Below, piece after piece: positions 58,654 through 61,471 of a DNA stretch of 61,471 nucleotides. The notes under the pieces were generated by a model. It was given only the letters and a program-made list of their open reading frames with translations. It made no database searches and was not told the DNA's origin. Both the position numbers and the translations under genes were made by a program. Every line of letters starts with the position of its first letter. Positions within the stretch are counted from its first letter, which is position 1. Origin of the DNA: an uncultured Granulicella sp. (lineage in GTDB: Bacteria > Acidobacteriota > Terriglobia > Terriglobales > Acidobacteriaceae); the NCBI GenBank assembly GCA_937871785.1, contig CALMON010000012.1, positions 1-61,471 of the forward strand. Reading direction: 5' to 3'.

Positions 58654-59063
58654 CGCAATGACAAAGGTGGACCTGAGCGAGCACACCGTACGCGTTGGAG
58701 TCGTTAAACCCGGACATCGTAACGAAGGTTTACGCCTGAACCGATCGTCGTCTTCCACACTCGCCTTGGTCGATCAGGTTCATAACTGACCTGCAAGGTT
58801 TGGAATCGTCTCGCAACACGCTTGCCATGGAGCATCGTCTGGGGATTTCTTCGAGATGCGAGCGCGAGCGCGTTCGAGCCAAAACGTGTTGCGTAATGTC
58901 TTGCGCAATGCATTACGTATGGCAATACAGACATCTCACCGGAAAGAGGTTCACTCTTAAATGCACTACAACTACGTGGTGTGTTGTAAAAGACGGTACG
59001 TGCTGTTGTTTGTAACGCGTGATGCTTGGTAATACGCGCTACGCTACATATCGAGGAAAGAAA

Positions 59064-59741
59064 ATGCCGGTGATCGTCGCAGCAAACCCAAAAGGGGGAA
59101 GTGGCAAGTCGACAACTTGTCTCGTAGTGGGCACCACACTGGCGGCCCAGGGTGCATCGGTCCGTATTATTGATGCCGATCCACAGAGAACACTCGCGCG
59201 GTGGAGTGAAGGCGACAGCACCCATCGCAATCTCGTCGTGACGCCAACGCCAGGGGAAGACCTGACGACGTTGATTGACCGACTTCAGTCTGAAGTTCAG
59301 TTCGTCATTATTGATGTGCAGGGTTCAGCGAACCAGGAGATGGTGTCGGCGATGTCTCGTGCGGATTTGGTTCTGATTCCGATGCAAGCCAAGACTGCGG
59401 ATGCTGACGTGGCAACCAGGGCGATCAGCCTGTTGAGAACGCAGGAGAACCTCTTCAAGCGCAAGATACCTCACGCGATCGTCTTTATCCGCACGAGCCC
59501 GATCATCGTCACGAGGGAAGAGAAGCAGATTCGCCAGAACATCGTCGCGGCTGCTGTTCCCCGCTTTAGCAAGAGCCTCAATGAAAGAACCGCCTTTTCT
59601 CATCTATTTGCCTACAAGCGAGCTCTCACAGAGTTGAGTCCGAAGGAGACAAACGGACTTGGGGAAGCTCAGCAAAACGCAATCGAGGTTACGGCAGAAG
59701 TGATTCAGGTGCTGCGGCAGCAGAAGGAGGTTGCTGCATGA
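59064..59741 (+). CDS. parA: ParA-family plasmid partition ATPase (short type Ib)
   Basis: [10 protein letters not shown] deviant Walker A, IDADPQ, VIIDVQG, ADLVLIP. Confidence 0.93.
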   Translation: MPVIVAANPKGGSGKSTTCLVVGTTLAAQGASVRIIDADPQRTLARWSEGDSTHRNLVVTPTPGEDLTTLIDRLQSEVQFVIIDVQGSANQEMVSAMSRADLVLIPMQAKTADADVATRAISLLRTQENLFKRKIPHAIVFIRTSPIIVTREEKQIRQNIVAAAVPRFSKSLNERTAFSHLFAYKRALTELSPKETNGLGEAQQNAIEVTAEVIQVLRQQKEVAA

Positions 59742-60076
59742 GCATGGAAAATTCCTTTAAGGAACTGGCTGGTGGAGGGTTGGAGGACTTCACTCCAAAG
59801 CCGAAGAGCCAACCTTCTTCGACACCGATTCCCGCGCAGCCTACACCCAGCCAACTGGAGCGGCTTGCCGGCGACCGCGGGTTTTCGATCGACAATCATC
59901 CAGTGGCACGTAAAGCATTGAAGGCTGGTCGCGTGGCTTCTAAAGACCGGCCTCAACCCATGTCGCTGCGCATTCGCGTGGCGGATTGGAACCGATTCTC
60001 GGCATTTTGCGAGCGTAATGAGTATTCGGTCGCTGAAGGCTTTGCCAGGCTTGCCGAGGTGGCGGAGGGATTGTGA
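59738..60076 (+). CDS. small partition/stability protein, putative C-terminal ribbon-helix-helix (ParG-like)
   Basis: ATGA overlap with parA; disordered N-terminus, then [22 protein letters not shown]. Confidence 0.65.
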   Translation: MSMENSFKELAGGGLEDFTPKPKSQPSSTPIPAQPTPSQLERLAGDRGFSIDNHPVARKALKAGRVASKDRPQPMSLRIRVADWNRFSAFCERNEYSVAEGFARLAEVAEGL

Positions 60077-60125
60077 GATCCTGCTCTACTGTATAGAGCA
60101 GGAAGGATTCACATAGCATCCAGCG

Positions 60126-60554
60126 ATGAAGCCCAGGAAAAAGACCGTTCAACTCGCGATGCATTGCCGCTGTGGTCGAGAGGCCATTCTGGCCCAGGGC
60201 ATGTGCGCGACCTGCTACACACTGCGGCGTCAAGATGAGGAGCACTTCGGTGGCTTGCGGGAAACGGTGCTGGAACGGGACGGCTATCGCTGCCGGGTGT
60301 GCGATGCGCCAGGAACAGGCAAGCGCAGCATGGTCGTTCACCATCGGATTCCTGGTCGTTCAGAGTTGAGGCTGATGATCTCACTCTGCCCGGCTTGTCA
60401 TGCGCGGGTGCACCGCACGAAAGCGGTGCGGGCGGCCATGCCGCCTTTACTCCTCGTCCTCTGGAGAGAGCAGCACCCGAAAGGGCATGAGCAAAAGCAG
60501 CTCGACTTTACGAAGGTTGCGGAGCTGCGTTTGAAGGCCGTGCCTCTGTTCTAG
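60126..60554 (+). CDS. small HNH endonuclease-domain protein
   Basis: VLERDGYRCRVC...VVHHR...SLCPACHARVH plus N-terminal CRC/CATC Zn motif. Confidence 0.8.
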   Translation: MKPRKKTVQLAMHCRCGREAILAQGMCATCYTLRRQDEEHFGGLRETVLERDGYRCRVCDAPGTGKRSMVVHHRIPGRSELRLMISLCPACHARVHRTKAVRAAMPPLLLVLWREQHPKGHEQKQLDFTKVAELRLKAVPLF

Positions 60555-61202
60555 AATGCGGCGGCCGGACGAACCGGCCGCACAAAGGTTGCGGTGAGGA
60601 GCGGGATGCTGTCGATGTTGTCGGGCTGGGATTGTGCCTGCACGACGAGTTGATGCGTGTGCCTTTCTGCAGCGGCTTTGCGAAGTGGCCCTGTTTGTCG
60701 AAAGCAACGACGTTATAGTGGAAGGACCGGATGCGGTCGTTGTCGAGAATGGACCTCCAAAGGCAATGTAGTTACGGCTGTTTTGCGAGGTGCGCTGGAA
60801 GCTGAGTTGCTGACGGTGGGCGAAGAGGGTGATGGTCTTGAGGGTCTGCATGGTGCTTGCCCTTTTGCCCGGTCACTCGAGACACACTCGCCCGTTGCGG
60901 CGCAAAGGTGCGCTGCTCCCAAGTTGCGGCGAAAAGCCGCGTTGCCCAGGGCAGAAGTTTTGGGAGTGGGGACCCGGCCGGCTCCTTGGCTGGGGGAGGA
61001 GTCCAAACCCGTCAGGGCGCGGAACGCGAGTTCTGAACGCAGAGCCGCAGGGCGCAGCTACCAGCACCGGCGCGGTGAGCAAGAGAACGTGCACAAGGAG
61101 ATGCGCTCAGACCTTCATAAGTCCCATGAACTCCGGAATTCAGCCTCGCGCGCGATATCCAAGGGTCTGCGAGCGTTCAAGGCAACTGTGGAGACACTAC
61201 TA

Positions 61203-61471
61203 CCGCTCCGACTGCTTGACCTCAAACGCTTCAGCAAACTCTTCCCCTTCACTCTCGAGCACCCGGGCCAGCAGGAGCATGCACTCGGCGAGCTGCTCGA
61301 CGGTTTCGAAGTCCACTACGAGCCGGCCGCGGGTCAGGGTCATGGACTGGGGCAGGGCAGTCATCGAGACGGCATCACGATCGCGCCGGACAAGCGACCG
61401 GATACGCCGCTTCGATACCGCCGCCTTCTCATCTTTGAGCTTCTCGTACAGCCCGGTCGTGTCCTCCGTGT
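61203..61471 (-). pseudogene. C-terminal part of hypothetical protein, partial and apparently frameshifted
   Basis: TEDTTGLYEKLKDEKAAVSKRRIRSLVRRD...ALP, then another frame SMTLTRGRLVVDFETVEQLAECMLLLARVLE...EVKQSER*. Confidence 0.45.

Noticed and set aside
60447-61118. Minus-strand ORFs 60447..60851 and 60873..61094
   Set aside because: Low-complexity translations overlapping the HNH gene or interrupted by stops; might be plasmid leading-region sequence, but no evidence is readable here
1-61471. tRNA/rRNA genes or canonical DnaA boxes at the origin
   Set aside because: None recognised by eye; no TTATCCACA seen in the origin region; a tRNAscan/Infernal run would be needed to exclude small RNAs

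Overview
A 61.5-kb accessory-gene-rich segment that most likely belongs to an Acidobacteria (Acidobacteriaceae-like) plasmid. The host assignment is inferred from two Oar-type TonB-dependent receptor genes and the overall gene style. The right end carries a replicon: an AT-rich region, 13 direct 15-bp iterons, trfA-family rep, one inverted iteron upstream of rep, parA with a small RHH-like partner, and an HNH protein. Cargo from left to right: (1) a FixJ/NodW-type two-component locus whose kinase is split by a 1-bp frameshift, a serine recombinase, and a porin-RND-MFP-TolC-NmrA operon sharing a 16-bp upstream motif; (2) a TetR/MFS unit divergent from a yceI-azoR-catE-like-esterase quinone/catechol stress unit; (3) decayed remnants (Pnkp, RHH) and a DUF4143 AAA ATPase; (4) an operon with four group-D flavin monooxygenases, one flavin reductase, two amidohydrolases and an FAD synthetase lacking kinase motifs; (5) a frameshifted TonB-dependent receptor, nitroreductase, GntR and an AraC/SDR/MFS unit; (6) a second aromatic-catabolic-like cluster (TBDR, Kelch protein, Tat amidohydrolase, orphan TAXI-like protein, two FAD monooxygenases, FAH, extradiol dioxygenase) with repeated TGAY-N4-ATCA operators. 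All assignments come from motif reading by eye; no database searches were run.
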